A stretch of DNA of 64,000 bases from Felis catus (taxonomy: Eukaryota). Under the pieces are notes generated by a model that did no database searches, was not told the origin of the DNA, and was given only the letters and a program-made list of their open reading frames with translations. Positions 62,262 through 64,000 of the stretch are shown one piece after another (within the stretch, counting starts at the first letter, position 1; every line of letters begins with the position of its first letter). Where the stretch lies: contig NC_058368.1 of the NCBI RefSeq assembly GCF_018350175.1, forward strand, positions 153,266,001 through 153,330,000, read 5' to 3'. A program made the translations under genes and the position numbers.

Positions 62262-62880
62262 TATTTTTTAAATTTTATTTTTTTATTTTTTAAAATTTAC
62301 ATCCAAATTAGTTAACATATAGTGCAACAATGATTTCAGGAGTAGATTCCTTAATGCTCCTTACCCATTTAGCCCATCCCCCCTCCCACCACCCCTCCAG
62401 TAACCCTCAGTTTGTTCTCCATATTTGTGGGTCTCTTCTGTTTTGTCTCCCTCCCTGTTTTTATATTATTTTTGTTTCCCTTCCCTTATGTTCATCTCTT
62501 TTGTCTCTTAAAGTCTTCATATGAGTGAAATCATATGATTTGTGTCTTTCTCTGACTGACTAATTTCACTTAGCATAATACCCTCCAGTTCCATCCACGT
62601 TCGTGCAAATGGCAAGATTTCATTTTTTCATGTGTCACGTGAAACTGTTTCTGGATGTCTTCTTGGGAGAAGTGTCTATTCATGTCTTTTTCCCATTTCT
62701 TCACTGGATTATTTGTTTTTTGGGTGTTGAGTTTGATAAGTTCTTTATAGATTTTGGATACTAACCCTTTATCTGATATGTCATTTGCAAATTTCTTCTC
62801 CCATTCTGTCGGTTGCCTTTTAGTTTTGCTGATTGTTTCCTTTGCTGTGCGGAAGCTTTTTATTTTGATGAGGTCCCAGT
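62262..62880 (-). mobile_element. Carnivore L1 3' fragment with internal deletion
   Basis: L1 3' UTR (aaaatttacatccaaattag...atttcacttagcataataccctccagttccatccac), then ORF2 sequence (agtgtctattcatgtc...tttgcaaat). Confidence 0.92.
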
Positions 62881-64000
62881 ATAAACTCTGGCAATAGTTA
62901 AGACCAATAGGCTACAGTTTAGGAGACCACAATTAATTTTTTTTTTTTTTAGAAAAAAAAAAAGAAAAGGCAAATATCTGATAAAGATTCCAGTAACATA
63001 ACTGTGGGAATACAACTGGGTGTGAGAGGTGGCAGTTGTTATAATATGTGAACCGGTCTTGGTAGGCAGTTTACTGAGAAAAGTAGAAGAATATAAAGTA
63101 TATTCCTTCTTAATCAGATTCACATGGAGAAATGACACAGTTCACTTCATTTTTATTTTCAAAAAAGAATAAACATGGCTCCCTGCCCTGATTAAAATTG
63201 TGATTTAGAACATCCCAGAACCCACTTTCTTCAGGCAAGGAGAATCTCTAAATAGATTCCCATGAAATATATAAGGGAATAGTCATGGACCCCCACTTGA
63301 AGGAGTTTGTAATATACTTTAGGAAACAAAGTCAGGAGAGAAATTCTAGGACTTCCTAGGACTATTCTTGACTATGCTCTGTCCCTCAAATAAGCCCCAT
63401 GATATGATCTTGCTGGGTGCCCTGTGAGACCACATGTAAACCCCACTCAGCCTTCTTATCTCCCAGCTCTGAAGTTGGTGAGGCCTGCATTAACACAATG
63501 AGGGCCTTCCTGGGTTGGGGTGGGGGGCTGGGCGTGGGGGTGCCTCTGTGAGAAAGGAAAAATACTTAATGGCAGGATCTACACAGAATGATGATGATGG
63601 TGATGGTCTCAACACTCGTCCCAAACAAGTATGTTCCTGGATTTTCTCTGGGATTTTTCACAGCCAGACCAAAGTCAAAAGCTGGCACTCATCCCAGTAG
63701 ACCAGGGCTTCCTTTTAAGTCTCCTCAGCAATTCCACGGACCCAGAGGAAACTTGAGTGATAGGGAAAAAAACAATCTGTCCTGTGGCTTCAAATGTCAG
63801 TAAGTTGCCTTTAGAGTTAAAAGTGATAATTTGCAGCTTTGTGTGTATTTATTCCACAAACATGCTCAACGTATGTTTTTATAAGTGTGACTGGAGAATG
63901 AGTCATCAATATTTGTAGTTGACTTCTGAAGAATACAGGAATTTCTGGATACTCTAATAATATGTACATATGCCAAGGGGCATGTATTCTTATTAATAAT

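Noticed and set aside
1..64000. CRISPR array, operon or foreign (non-mammalian) insert
   Set aside because: No regularly spaced repeat-spacer structure, long ORFs or compositional break other than the CpG island

Overview
Eukaryotic, non-coding, repeat-rich mammalian DNA, almost certainly from a carnivore and most likely a felid. It holds about 42 tRNA-derived CAN-SINE copies, four of them near-identical young copies of the cat type. I recognise no protein-coding gene; the ORF track is explained by SINE/LINE/LTR fragments, simple repeats or chance. Other contents: two large LINE-1 remnants (16994-19610, 42214-47324), two younger antisense L1 3' ends, ancient HAL1/L1M ORF1 remnants, an ERV-L LTR plus pol remnant, MaLR/MER21/MER34-type LTRs, Tigger and hAT MITEs, L2/MIR/CR1 relics, a U6 snRNA retrocopy and microsatellites. 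The one clearly functional-looking element is a CpG island (~55560-55990) packed with stress-response motifs: an inverted pair of AP-1/ARE sites, an HRE, a STAT GAS site, an NF-kB-like site and a palindromic E-box. It is followed by a branch point-T50-AG 3' splice-site architecture, suggesting an inducible promoter/enhancer and possibly an lncRNA. I found no convincing evidence for a wholly new biological system. Repeat family names are recalled from consensus sequences, not from a database search, and boundaries are approximate.
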